NCBI GenBank assembly: GCA_001244265.2 | Contig: CDLV01000004.1 | Span: 2,232,001 to 2,296,000 of the forward strand | DNA: 64,000 bases | Source of the DNA: Microbotryum violaceum | Lineage: Eukaryota | Direction: 5' to 3' | Shown here: one piece after another, positions 12,473 to 25,208 of the stretch | Layout of the letters: each line of letters starts with the position of its first letter | Numbering within the stretch: position 1 is the first letter of the stretch | Program-made: the position numbers and the translations under genes | The notes under the pieces: model-generated | Seen by the model: the letters and a program-made list of their open reading frames with translations, nothing else | Told to the model about the DNA's origin: nothing | The model's database searches: none

Positions 12473-13919
12473 ATGGCACCACGCGCCACCGAGGGCGAGC
12501 GCGCCTGGCTCGACATCGACTCGCATCTCATCCGTGACGAGTCCGGCCAATGGCGTGTCCGTTGTGAACTTTGCAACAAACACTACAAGCTGCCTGGAGG
12601 GTACAGGTCACTCGACGCCCCAACTGTAGCACCGGAACATGCACATGAGGCCAAACGAAACCTGAAAAAACATATCATCCGTATACACAAGCGCACGTTC
12701 AATCCGTCTACGGTCGACAGTCGGTACAGATGCAACGAGGCGGCGTTTGAGCTGATCGGTACCGACCGTGAGGTCCAAGCGGTGAGTGCTAAACAGCTTT
12801 CCCAGGAGATCAGATACAAAATATGTGGAATTCGGCTAAACCTTTGTTGATGTACCTATCTGATCTGATTAGGGTTTTGGCCACCTGAAGAAAAGATACC
12901 GCCGGCAGTTGCAGGCCAAGCTTGACATGTTGGAGGCGCCGGGGAAAGCGGACCGTGCGAGGCACGACGAGTGGGCGGCGGAAAGGGCGCGTCGGCTGGT
13001 GATGGAACCCAAAGACATCATGACTCAAGACCCAATCCCGAGGACGTCGAAAGTTTTGACTATGAGGTCCGGGAGGAGATCGACTACGTCATGTGGCCTG
13101 TTTGGGATGAATGGGCAGGGTACAAAGGGAATGGACGTCTGCCTCGGAGCCTGTTGACCGTGCTCATCCATTGGAGGAACGTGTTGTTCGATGCATACGA
13201 TAACCAGAAGCGAAAGAGAGGTGGAGGGAGTGCGAGAGTTTTGAAGGAGTATAGGACCCGCATCCAAGACTTCGACGATATCCTCGCGCGCATCTTCACC
13301 GTCCCCGTCGACATTGCCGCCGAACATGAGGAATCGCGCCTATTCAGTGAAATCCTTTCACCCCTGTACCAAGAGTGCCAACGCCCCCTCCCTGAGGACG
13401 ATGTAAGGACCGACGAGGACCAGGAGGGGGAATGACCGCCTTTTAAGATGGATCCGAAAGGTGTACCGCCCTTTTCTCGGGAAACGTGTCCTGGACGATT
13501 ACCGGGATCAGTTAGAAAGCGAACATCGCACCTGGCAAGCAGCGCTCAGACCATTTGCAACGACGGTGCTCGTCCACGTTCCCGAACCTCCCAAGCCGCC
13601 CACCGATGCGGACCTCGAGCCCGAAAGGAAGAAGATCTGGGACTCCTGGATTGTTGAGTGTGCCCACATGTGGTTGGCGCTGTCGAGCAAACAGAGGGAC
13701 GCGTATTGTTGGATGCGCAAGAAGGGGTCCGGCGGAGAGGGCGCCGCGTCGACCTCGGGGGCACGAGAGGAGGACGCGATATCGGAACACAGTTCGGCGA
13801 CCGGCCAACATTCCGACCACGGATCGGCAGCCGGTTCGGAGGCCGAAAGCAACCTCTCCACCCTCTCCGAGCTGACCAGTCTGAGCGAGCTGGAGCGCGG
13901 CCTGGATACTGGGACATGA
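12473..13919 (+). pseudogene. BED-type zinc-finger protein gene, likely TE-borne, with frameshifts
   Basis: W-RVR-CELC-x28-NLKKHIIRIH fits the BED finger pattern. Intron 12782-12872. The reading frame shifts at ~13030 and at the G-run at ~13427. Confidence 0.55.
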
Positions 13920-14315
13920 GGCACCATGAGTGTCAATTCACCGGTTAGGCGATGACCATCCCGAATTTTCCGTGAGCATGTGTAGCTGTCTAGCTTGTAT
14001 GTTGTGTTAATGGAGATCCTGCTCTGCAATCATGATTCACTCCGAGGTACAACGCACTCCGAAGGCGGAAATTCTAGTTCAATCTTAAACCTTAGGGCAG
14101 GGCGTAGATACACTAGAACAGAGTCCTGCGCCTTCGGAAACGAGGAAGCGGTATGCGACGACATGCTTCATCAATTCTAGGACACTCTTAACAAGCACTG
14201 TACAACCGGCGTGGCGGTGTGTACCCCCGGAGGTACACATGACCGGTGCCCTCTCCAGCTGTGTACTCCCGGGGTTCCACGGCTCAGGCGCGGTCCGTCG
14301 CCGACGTCCTTGCTG

Positions 14316-14776
14316 ACTGCACTACAACAAACTTCCACGCACCCGTTCAGAGTTCAGGATGTGTCTGCAGTTACTGACTGGAACACCCTCCTGCGACGAA
14401 ACCGACGAAATATTCGTTTGCTACATCCGACTTGCACTCTGAAAAGCCCGCAAGGCCAATGCACTTCTCTAGCTGAATCTCCGTTCGAACCACCGAGCAG
14501 AGCGAAACTGTACTAGAACAATCTTCCACGCACCCGTTCGAAGCTGAGGATGTGTCTGCAGTTACTGAACGGGATACCCTCCTGCGACAAGACCGACGAA
14601 AGATTTGTTTGCTACATCCGACTTGCACTCTGAAAAGCCCGCAAGGCCAACGCACTCCCTAACTGAATCTCCGTTCGAACTACCGAGCAGAGCGAAACTG
14701 CACTACAACAAACTTCCACGCTCCCGCTCAAAGCCCAGGATGTTTCTGAAGTTACCGAAAGGATTAACCTCCTGCC
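14316..14776. repeat. Tandem repeat, ~190-bp unit x ~2.4
   Basis: Units start at 14316, 14507 and 14697 (ACTG(C/T)ACTA(C/G)AACAA.CTTCCACGC...GAGCAGAGCGAA). Confidence 0.9.
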
Positions 14777-15358
14777 GTTGGAGAATCGGACATGTTATTA
14801 TACAGTGATCTGCCACCGGTGACCGGCTTGGCACCACCCGGGGTACACAAGGCGCAAGTGGGCCCCCTGCGCGCCGAATGACTGTGTACCCCGGGAGTAC
14901 ACAGCTTTGTCGGCGGCACAGGCCGGGTCCCCGGGGTTACACTCTTGTCGCGCGCCGACTCTGTGTATGTGTACCCCGGGAGTACACAGCCCCTACAATG
15001 TCCTTGGCCGATGGACCAATATCCGACTACATAAACTATCACGTCAACGGAGTAGGCATGCGGTGACGTATTTCATTGATTTTTGCTGACATATTATCGC
15101 AAGCACTGTACAACGGAGCGCCGTTGGACGCGTCTGGACCCACTTCGGGTGCTGTTGGAACAGAACAACTACAGCAACACCAATCCTCACCGCCCCCCGC
15201 CCCCCTCTGGCAACGTTCCCAAACCTGAACCTGCAAATGTCAGCACCGATGCGCACCAATTTTTAGTTTTCAACTTAGCAGAACCTTCAAGCTTGTCACG
15301 TACTGCAGTTCGGTGAGTGTGGCCGTGGCGACCGGCTCGTGGGATCGTGGTCAACGCG

Positions 15359-18300
15359 TCAACGCCTCATTAAGGCTGACATCCATTTTACTTTTGTGCA
15401 CTGGCGTCCACATTCCACCATGTGCGATATGGGCCGCATAAAAAAAGCAAAGTCCTTCAATAACAAATAACCTACAGTCAACAAATGCGCCAAACCATCC
15501 CTAGCTAGCCCATGGGCTCCGTCGAGAATCTCGAGGTCGTCCGAGTCTTCAACGCTTGTCGAGCCCGACTCTCCGTCGCCCTCCCCGTACTCAGCATCAT
15601 CTTCTTCCTCGACCTCCTGCTCCGATAGTGAACTCAAAAGTTCTTCCATTCGTCTTTCATACACGTCATCACGGTCTCGCTCGGCCTGCTCCGCGGCTGG
15701 ATCGGGGGTCAGGCCAAGTTCCCTTCGGAATGCGTCGAGGTCGATGGGTGTGTGGCGCACGTCCACGGCAGAGGGACCTGATAAGCTGCGGCTCGACTCA
15801 GCGATGGGGCTCTGCATTTGAGTATTATTTAGCGCCGAAAGGCAGCGACCGAAATGACGTGGACTACCGCGCGAACGGCGCGACACCTGTTTCGCCCGTC
15901 CGGCGAAAAGTCCCCCGATCAAACCAAATGCCGAGGGCCGCGATTCATGAACTGCGGGTGAACGCGTCCTAAACCAGACAACCGAGAGATCATCGCGTTC
16001 GGCGAGCCGATCCAGACGCTCTTTGAACGAAATCTGCCGGCGTTGAGCACATGCCACACCGCAGTGCCAACCTCGCCCGCGCCGTCAGTTCCGAGAAGTT
16101 TCTTAGCCGCTTCGATCGTTTCTTCGGGAACTAATAGAAGGGGCGACGTAAGGTACAGCACCAACACAAAGAAAGGGTGTGTCCATCTCACCTCGGTCCT
16201 CTGCCCATGCCTGAGATACCCTAACAAAGCGAGTGTCCTCATCTTCGAGCCACGCAAGTAGTTGTCGAACCTCAGCTCCGATCCGGAGAATCTCTTCTTC
16301 CGCCCTGGCTTTGAGTAAAACCGCCTTGAACCCTTTCTAAACATCGGTATCAATGCCCAAGGCGCAGTGTCGTGTACGAAAAAACCGTCTGGCCGAAAAG
16401 CGTCCGTTGGCGACAGAGTCACAAGCGACTTAATTGTGGTAGCGAGCGGTAAGTTGTCCAGAATCTGGGCCGATTGCTCGGTCGCAGCATTTCGGTAATC
16501 CCCGACCGCTTTATTGTACATATCGATTGCCACTTTTACTTTCTTGCTGTGCGTCTGTGAGACGCTGACAAGCTTGCTGGCTTCGACTTGACCGATTGTC
16601 GCGCCGCTTCGTCCCCGACCCATTGAGTCAATTCGTTCTTGACAGCATTGCAATTGGACCGTCGCTTTGTGTAATGCGCGAAGTTTGACTACGCAGTTGC
16701 ACAAATGCTGGAAATCTAGGTATGTCATGGGACATCAAACATCAGGTGGCGATACTCATAAAGATAGGACGCGCGCCGCACCTGAAGCTGCAAGCTCCTT
16801 CGTGCGATCGTATTCTTGTTGGTAAGCTCTTAGCTGTTGCTGCAAGCGAGCCTTCGCTTCATCGGAAGCCATTGGATCGAATCTGAACACACAATGCCAA
16901 GACACAGTGTCAATTTTACGCCCTCGCCCTCCAATGGGGTTTGACGCGCCGAACGTACAGCCTTTCTTCCATGTGGTGTAGCCTCTGTACAATGTTAAAC
17001 AGCTCTAATCGCTCCTTGTCCTCGTTCTCCCGACGTTGACCCGCCGTTGTGGCCGCTTGAGCAGCTCGTTGTAAATCCCATTGCGCGACAAGGTCAGACT
17101 CGGACCATATTGCCAAAACGTCACTCAGATCAGTTTGTGCCCTTCCAAGCTGATCTTGAGCATTCGAAGGGACCGCACAATTAAGTAACGAACACGGCGT
17201 GAACGTGTGGATGGCAGAGCATACCGAGGCTGTCAACACCGTTCTTGTTCATCAGGTCGATGCGACGCGAGATGTTGACGCGCCGGTGAGAAGCGCTCGC
17301 AGGACGATTGATCGGGATGAGCGATCGGAGCTGACTCCAAACGCGTTCGCTTCCCTCCCCATCCGTCAACCCAAAGTGCTGAATCAGGCGCGGGTTGTAC
17401 TCAAGCTGGCAGGGCCATTGATGAGCAAAAGCATGAAACACGCTCGTGGCAAACTTCAATCTCGGAAACAGATCGGGAAGGATACTTCTCTGCAGGTGAT
17501 CGAAGTACAGTACAGGTCAGCGGCGCCCCAGGGCCAGAAATCTAAGGAACGACGGATCCGCCACTCTTGCTGACCGATTGCATGTAGCCGTCCAAATTAC
17601 ACGCAACATCATACAGCACTCCGAGTGTATCGTCGGACGGGAGTTGGTTCGAAATATGTTGCAGCAGCGATAAGCCGTAGTAGCGCCTGCCTCATCAAAA
17701 ACGAGCGTCAGGCCTTGTAAGCGGGTGAGAGAGGAACTGAGCTGACGAACTTTTCACCTGATTGACACAAGTTGACCATCTTCAACGCGATATCGTGACG
17801 GCAGACACAGGCAACTAGGCTCGTATCGGACTTGCCCCGCGAGATTTGTGTCGCACCGCCGTTGGCCGCTTTCCACGAATCGGCACAGGCCTTCAAGACG
17901 CGAGAGGAAGGGCGTCAGCGCGTTGAAAGGATCGCAGGGGGCGGCTCGGATCAGCGGACCTTTTCTGACTTCTTGCTGTCGCCACCATCAGCCCTCTCCT
18001 TCATCGATTCGAGCTCGCCTTCGCCGATGAAGAGGGCTGGCGTCGACTCCTGAAAATCGTATTTGGCTGAGGTGTCGCGAGAATGTTGGAAGTTGCCATC
18101 CAGAGCGACAAGATGCTGCACTTCGACTCTATGGTGGGCTTGATTTAGACGCGTCAATCCGTAGCATGCTGGACACTTATCCGAGGGAGAACCCGCGACA
18201 CCGAGGACGAGGTCGCCCAATTCTCGCTCGGATGTCGTGAGAGCCCGAAATTCGTCAAGGGCGCGCTGGAGTTGCTTTCGCAGCTCCTTGTCCTGCGCGA

Positions 18301-19371
18301 ACGATGATAAATATCAGATAATGATCAATAGCAACCATGACAGGGGGTCGAGCTCACGAATTTATGCTGACTCAGGCCCGACCGACCCCATCCAGTTTGC
18401 TCATAGAAAATGTCGAGCCCGCGAGCTGCTCCATCAACAGGAAACGGCGCGGTGCTCCACCAGAAGTCGAGGAATTGTACAAGTCGAAAGGTGAAGGCAG
18501 AGCGAGGAGCAGCTGCGGTCGATCCGATCAATCCGATCTGAGCAAGGCGCTCGGCGTACGTAAGGCATGGGCTATCGCTGCTGGATCTCGGACAAAAAGC
18601 GATCGGTACCTCGACCACTGCATCGATTCGACCTTGTCAGCGCGTTATTCGACACAGTGACCCAACTTGCCTTATTCACATACAGCTTATGAGGTCGTAC
18701 ACGTCAAGCAGTAATGTGAGGGGGCTCTCGCATGAACAAGGCGGCGGCACTTCGCTAGCGACCGAACCCTGGCACAGCTCCTCGTCCACGTCAATCAAGG
18801 GCCGTAGATGACCTTTGAACCCAGCGCAAAACGCGATATACTGGCGCAGAAGCGCTGGCCGTTCCAAGCGCCTAAGACGAGAGTCGTTGAACACGAACTG
18901 CTTGTACGTTTCTTGCTTCGACTGACCACGTGTGGCTGGTTCGAAACTTTCGACTTGGCGCAGATCAGCCAGTGATAATCGCTCGGCGTTTGCACTATAG
19001 TCAGGCGCGATTGGTATATGGGATTCTCGATCCGGAAAGTATGGGGCCGGACTAAAGTCGCGTTCATAGCCACCACCGTACTCGCTGTGGCGTTCATCAT
19101 CCCAATCCATCCCACTCGGGTTGGCGGCTTCGTCGAAATCGGCCTGAATTGGAAGGGCCATTGGACGCTGAGGAGACGGCGAGCTAGCTTCGCCAAAATC
19201 ATCGAAGGTTCCTTGCTGGATTTGGCGGGCAGTGTAAGTAACACGGTGTCGGGTTCCGGGGATGTTGGTGCGGAGTCGGGCGTCCGATCGGAGGCCTTGA
19301 GGCCTATAGGAAGGATGCTCCTCAAAGTAGTCCAGACGGACCTTGAAAGGTCTCCATCGATGCCTGCCCAT
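15359..19371 (-). mobile_element. KDZ-superfamily (Kyakuja-like) transposase gene with an N-terminal CxC1-like domain, multi-exon
   Basis: Motifs CPAC, VALDGNFQH, CADSWKAA, VACVCRHD, GEK, LYDVAC, FHAFAHQWPCQ and GLTDGEGSERVWS are characteristic of KDZ. Upstream Cys motif CSC...FC...LAQIGL...PRSAFTF. Probable frameshift at ~16330. Confidence 0.9.
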
Positions 19372-20569
19372 CGTCGATGTGAATTGCGTAGCTTCGAGAT
19401 TTAGGAAGGGTGTCTCGATAGTTGATGCTCTGGTTAGAACTGAGGCGGGTCTCACTTGGCGCTGAGCGGAAGCTAAAAGAGACAGGTCTGCGGGCATACT
19501 AGTCACTAAATGCTCAATCTCATTAGCAAGTTGATCTTGGCCTGGCGCCAGCGGCCAACCCGGGTTGCAGGGGGGGCAACCTGTATGGGTACGCCGCTTA
19601 AGAGTGGCGCTGGGAGGGGCGCCGCGCGCGCCACTTTTTGGTGTGCTTAGAAATATAGCCAGAGGTGGACACGCGCGCCTTTGCCTCCGCAAGTCTCCAC
19701 CGCGCCCCCTGTCCCTCGAGCCTCGCCGCATGACGCTTGCGCCCAGCCTCACTCCTCGACCCATGTGCACCGTTGTCACCTCGTCCACATCTCGGTCAGT
19801 CTGCCCGTCGTTGCCAGCTTCGCCTGCTCTGCCATGCTCGCCACCACGCGCCTTGCCTCTTGGCACCTTTGCCTCGGCGCCTTCGCAGCGGCCCCTGTTA
19901 CCTGAGCCTCGTCGCCTGATACACACGACCAGCCTCGCTCGATCGACCCATGTGCGCCTTAGTAAACACGTCCACATCCTGGTCCATCCGTCCGGCCGTT
20001 GCCTGCTTTGCTCTGCACGCCTCCGCTGCCTTTCGCCCGCTCCAGCCTGTTCAACTCACGCTCGCGCACCGCTGTCTCCACGCCGGAACTTAGTCGATCT
20101 ACCACTCCTGTCTTGCCGAACCGATGCCTCCGGTTAGCTACCATCAGCTTGTCATCACCGACCTCATGTTCCATCGGCCATCAGAGCATCGCCCATCCAT
20201 GACGTCCGTCGTTCGCAACCTGGATCTTGTCGCCCCGGACTGCCCCGCTCACCAACACTCGACCATGGTAGATAAGTATCCCCTCGTGTCCGTTGTCCAA
20301 CACAACACCTCTCAAAGCCTCCTGATGGCCCACTTGGAGTCTAGTCCTTGAAGCTTTGCAACGTCCCCGCCCTGTTTGCCTTAGTACCTTTGCGCGCGCC
20401 CTTGCTACAACCTTGTCAGACTTGCGCGCTCTCGCGCCTCTCTCCCTCTTCTCTATCGTTGCACTCGCCTAGTCAGACAGCTGAGATTCCGTAGAGAACA
20501 GGTCCGTTGCAATCGCATCATCGTTTCACTCGCCTATTCAGACAGCTGAGATTCCGTAGAGAACAGATC

Positions 20570-22545
20570 GCTCGGCTACGCTGCGGCCGCCCGCCAGAGT
20601 GCGTCCGCTCGCCTCGCGACTTCTCCACCTGGGAGTCCACTGCAACGCCGTCCTGCCTTGCAACCTCCTCGAAACGATCCGGCTCGTGCCGCCTCACGGA
20701 TCACCAGCGACCCCTGGTCACAACTTAACAACCCTGAGCAACCTTCGGCATGACTTTGGGCCCGTTCGCCTTCGCTTCGAGACGCGTTTCGCGATGCTCG
20801 CGCCTGAACAAGTCACTTAGTACTAGCCATCTTCGGTAATCACTTGAGTTAAGTGGCTGTGGGGGATTAGGCCGATTCGATATTGAAGGGGCGCAGGTTC
20901 CGTTCCGCTTCACTTCGGTCCGAGATTGGAGCATAGCACGACAACATCATCCCATGCAGGCCTACTATTTGAACGATGCCTTCGATTGATTATCGCCGCT
21001 CACCAACATGAACATGACGATCGCCGAGCTCCTCGCCTTCGATGTCACTCCCGCCGACGCGTCTCTTCACATCGAGTTGTCCAAAGACGAGCTCACCCAC
21101 TACTCGACCTTATCATCTACTCGAGGCCGTTGAGAAGGCAAACAGCTTCTCACCACCAATCGTGCGTCTACCAAGCTCAACTATCGAAATTTTGGTCTAA
21201 GCTCACGCGTGTTTGGTTCTACACAGCCCACACACTTGAAACTTCCGCTTCAAGTTGTCGATGCTCGCGATACCAATTTCTCGCTGAACTGGCCAACCTG
21301 ATTGCCCATCAAGCTGTTCATAAGTGTAGCCACCTCAAGCTGTTCTACTCAAGGGAGGCCGATGGAATCGAGCGACCCAACTCGCGGAGAGGCAGGCGTA
21401 GGGGTAAGCAATACAGAGGAAGGGCGCAGTGCAGCACATTCATGCGTCTTGAAAGGGTTGGTACAGTTCATGGGACCATCTCGCTGCGAAGACATGGCGG
21501 GCACGACAAGGAGCTTTCGCTGGACTAGAGGTGACCAGATGGACCGAGCGCTCACAACACACGAGGATCCAGAAGAATGTCTATACTGAGGATGGCCGCA
21601 TTCAAGTGAGTTGTCGCTGAATTTAGGAGCGAAGGCAACTGGATCTAATGTTTGGAGAAACAAGCAGACGGAGCACTAGCACAACGCTATCCTCATTTTG
21701 GATCGCTTGACGGCGGAGCTGTAACCACTACCACAACATCGGAGATCGGATCTCTGGTCTGCTTTGGCCTCAAGCGTGGCATGCATTCAATCAGCTGCGA
21801 TCAAACTGCCTATGGAGAAGAAGTGCTGTTCATTGGAATTGGTACGATGCCTTGAATGGCAGTTGAGCTGTGAAGTTCTCGTTTGACACAAGTCTTGTGT
21901 CCTACAGTGCGATGCATCTACAGAAAAGTGACAACAAACCACTGCAACCAAGACACGCTCGCCTCGTTGGTTTTACTCTCAAATGTCGTCGTACAGGAGC
22001 TTCGCCTCATCAAGAAAACATGCTATTCCACACACCTCATTGATGGCACTATGCCGTTCCCCATGATTGATGGTCGACAGGTCATCGAGTCATTAGGCCC
22101 GTCAACGACTACATATCGTTCAACCACGGACCTTACCCCATGTTACCCGGACGACCGCCTAATGAGCACGAGCGCACATGCCGAGCAAAGGTTTGCCGCC
22201 CTTCGGAGCGTGCCCGGCCTGCGAGATGCCGCCGGCAGAACCTCTACAAGTCGCACAAATGCCACCGCGGAAACAAGGAGCTCAACTTCAGCAAAAAGGA
22301 AGTCTGACAACGAAGCAGCGAGCCAGCCAGCAAAGCAAGGAAGGCTTGTTCGAAGCCTGGAGCCACGCGCAACACCAGCCGAAGCGACGCGCGCCCGCAA
22401 GCCACTTTCGATAGGCCGCGGCGCGCCCGCAAACGCTCGGAACGCGTTTTCGAGGACTTTTGAGCGATTTTTGGAGCATGTAGAACACATTTTGATAATA
22501 TTTCCGAGGCGCATGCGAAATTTTGACATTTTGGGGCCAAAATAG
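20570..22545 (+). pseudogene. Degenerate TE-associated gene, homologous to the gene inside 34295-37135
   Basis: GEEVLFIGI|intron|VRCIYRK...LVLLSNVVVQELRLI versus GERLAIGI|intron|VRNIYKK...LALFANAVIQELRVI, with the same intron position. A similar subterminal motif TT(T/G)GACATTTT..AAAAT lies at ~22520. Confidence 0.6.
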
Positions 22546-22696
22546 GGTAAAAAACTTTGACAAAACCAGTGGGAACCCGTTAAATTAACGGGAGGATGAA
22601 ATTCAAAAAATAGCAGGATAATCGAACAGTGTACATGATATCAGCGCAGAGGTTAAGAAAACACAATACAAAATACAGCAAAGAAACAAGATCCAT

Positions 22697-24366
22697 TCAT
22701 CTTACATTCATTGCCGAAACAGCCTGCATGTCGCTTGTTGCCGGACTTGGCTTCAAACACTCGTGCAATGAGATCCGGACGGTTGCATGCTTTAACGGCC
22801 CCAGTGCAGCCTTGGTTTCCGGTGAGTCGGGATCGTACGTCATCGTGATGAGCAGCGGAGGCTTTCCGTGTTTGACAACGTACGCCATCGCATCCTGGTA
22901 TCGCTGCGTGATGTCGCGATTTGGTTCGGGGTCAAGCCGTTGATGCCTTGGGTTGTGGTGAGGCGTAGGTTCTCTTGATGTAACCGGATGTGTTGAGTCA
23001 ACCGGTTTTGACTTGGGAGTATATCCGTAATTCACGAACTCCAGGAAGGGACGTTGGGTGCAATGCGGGATTGAGAAGTGCTCGTCGCATTTGGCAAGTA
23101 GTGCGCAAAGAATTGTGAACGCGAGACTCGCCACCTCGACCTTTGGAAAAACTAAAAAACTGGAATAAAAAAGAGAGTACCTTTACTTGACCTTCGTCCT
23201 AGGTGTTCAAAAGTTCAATGTCAGTCTGTGATTGCGCCTTCGGTAGAATGGAACATCAGAGAAAGAGCCGAAGACGCGTACGTTCGCCATCACCATCCTC
23301 TTCGTCCCCTTCCTCGCCGTCTTCATCCTCATTGTCGCGGTCTTCGTCCTCCTCTTCGTCTTCTTCATCTGGACCAAGGCCGGCAAGTAGCTCGCGCAAT
23401 TGGACACCATTGTCAATCTGCTCTCGGTTTCTGGCGATGGGCGGCCCAGCTTGGTTGAAACCGCAAAGAGGAATGTTGGGGTGGAAGCCATCTTCCCCGC
23501 GGGGAAGAGTAGTGGGTACCGGAGAGGCATCGCAGACGGATGGAGCGAGCTAACGGTTTGGTACTTGGGCCGACCATCGGGACATCGATCACCGTGCACC
23601 TGGAGAATAAGGTCTTGCGGTCCACGATCTCCGGTGTTGGTGTCGGAACCGCAGATAAGCATCGCCATTTCCGTGCTCGACGTAGGAGGGTTGTGGGTGC
23701 GTCGGTCCCGGCCTGGCGGGAGGCAGAGGCGCAGGATCCACTCTTTGGCCGTATCCCAACCTGCGCGAGCTTTGGCCGATGCGAACTCCCTCACAAAGTG
23801 ATTCTTGGTACGCAACATGGACTCGAGCTTGGTCAAAGTAGATCGTTGCATGTGACTGTCTGCGCCGTCGGGTCCAAGTCGAGTGTCGGTGGCCTCGGCC
23901 GGGTTGATCAGCCATGTTTGAGCAAAGGCTGGGCATTGATTCACGGCAGGGATCAGGGTGCCGAGTCGATGGTAGAGGCGACCAAACACGCGAAACACGG
24001 TGGCTCCTAGTTCCCAGTGCTGAGCCTTGCAGTGGGTGCACACGGCCGTCTGCGGGCCGAGGTCGTCGCGGATCGAAACGTGGGGCTTGAGGGGTTTGAG
24101 CGCGATTCGAGCCCGGCGCACTCGCCTTTGCGGAGGTGGTGGTGGGGCGAGCCCAGCGTCGAGTTGGCCATCGCGCTGACGACGCTGTCCGTTCTGCACA
24201 GCTGCACGGCAGGCTCGTATACGTGTTGCAATGCCAAGGTCGGTTGAATTGTTGTCATGACGCGCCGGGGGCTGATTCTGTTAATCGGAGCGGGACGAAG
24301 AGGAGGTTCGAGCCGCGGGACGCCCAGCAGCGGGCGCTCGAGCAGGCCCATGGTAGCCCATGGTAC
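22697..24366 (-). mobile_element. Helitron Rep-helicase N-terminal fragments (internally deleted)
   Basis: LGPQTAVCTHCKAQHW, FRVFGRLYHRLGTL, PAFAQ, LHPSAMPLRYPLLFP and the Rep motif QRYQDAMAYVVKHGKPPLLITMT. Confidence 0.9.
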
Positions 24367-24906
24367 GGCGCTACCCTCGCGCCCAAGACTTGGCGAGGTT
24401 GCGATGGCCCTTCCTGAGTCCCTGGCGACCTTGGGACCGGGACATAGCAGCGAGGGTTTGTTCTTGAATGAGTGTCACTAAAATTGGATGAGAGTGAGAG
24501 GGAGAAAGGAAAGGTTCGAGGGAGTGGCGCAGGATTATTTACGTGGTTTGATTTGTTGTTCAGCCCCTAATGCCGCTGGTCGACTGCCGGAATGACACTC
24601 CACCGCCGGCGCACCGCATCACGTGACAAACGCCAGCCCTCGCCTCGCACGTCAGGCAGAGCTCTGCTGTAGGAGCAGTATCGTGCAAAGCCACGCGCTT
24701 GCGGTTCATTAAATGCAATATGAGTGGAAGCATTGTTTTATGTGAGCGAAAAAAAAGAAGGAAAATACTGGGAGCGCTGTAGCTTCGTTGGAACGGCGCG
24801 GAAAATACAAAAGTCACCACAGCGCTTGTACATGACTTCTGATCGGAGCATGGACACCACAGGCAGGTGCGGCAGACACAACAGTATGCTGGTACATCCA
24901 CCACAG

Positions 24907-24931
24907 GCGGCCCTCCGGGCCGCAACCTAGT
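24907..24931 (+). mobile_element. Helitron-type 3' terminus
   Basis: Hairpin GCGGCCC-TCC-GGGCCGC followed by AACCTAG|T. Confidence 0.55.
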
Positions 24932-25033
24932 TAAAACCAGCGATTTTAGGTACATTCCTTAACTCACACTTTTTTTTTACTAGTTACTAGTTAGGGTAAA
25001 GGCCAAAAAAGGGGGTGCTGGGGGTGCGTTTGC

Positions 25034-25208
25034 GCTAACTCGCGCGCGCCAAATTGAGTTGGCGCAATTGAGTTAGCGCTCTTGAGTTGGCGCAGTCGAG
25101 CGCCCGAGTTAGCGCACTTGAGTTAGCGCACCGCGCGCGCGTGAGTTGGCGCACTTGAGTTGGCGCACTTGAGTTGGCGCACTTGAGTTGGCGCACTGAG
25201 TTGGCGCA
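25034..25208. repeat. Array of GAGTT(G/A)GCGCA motif (~11 copies), probable TE subterminal repeats
   Basis: Direct repeats visible in the sequence, mostly with a 13-14 nt period; the first copy is inverted. Confidence 0.8.

Larger units (their letters stand above)
12392..14988. repeat. Dispersed palindromic motif GTGTACCCC-N-GG(G/A)GTACAC, about 7 copies
   Basis: Copies at 12392, 14218, 14260, 14836, 14883, 14929 and 14968. The 12392-12410 copy is a perfect 9+1+9 inverted repeat. Confidence 0.85.

Noticed and set aside
16320-16345. Programmed frameshifting in the KDZ or BED genes
   Set aside because: The shifts fall in short homopolymers with no clear slippery site or stimulator; mutation or sequencing error is more likely.
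19372-19977. N-terminal extension of the 433-aa ORF
   Set aside because: GC-rich repeat sequence that is open by chance; the KDZ-like protein plausibly starts at 19371.
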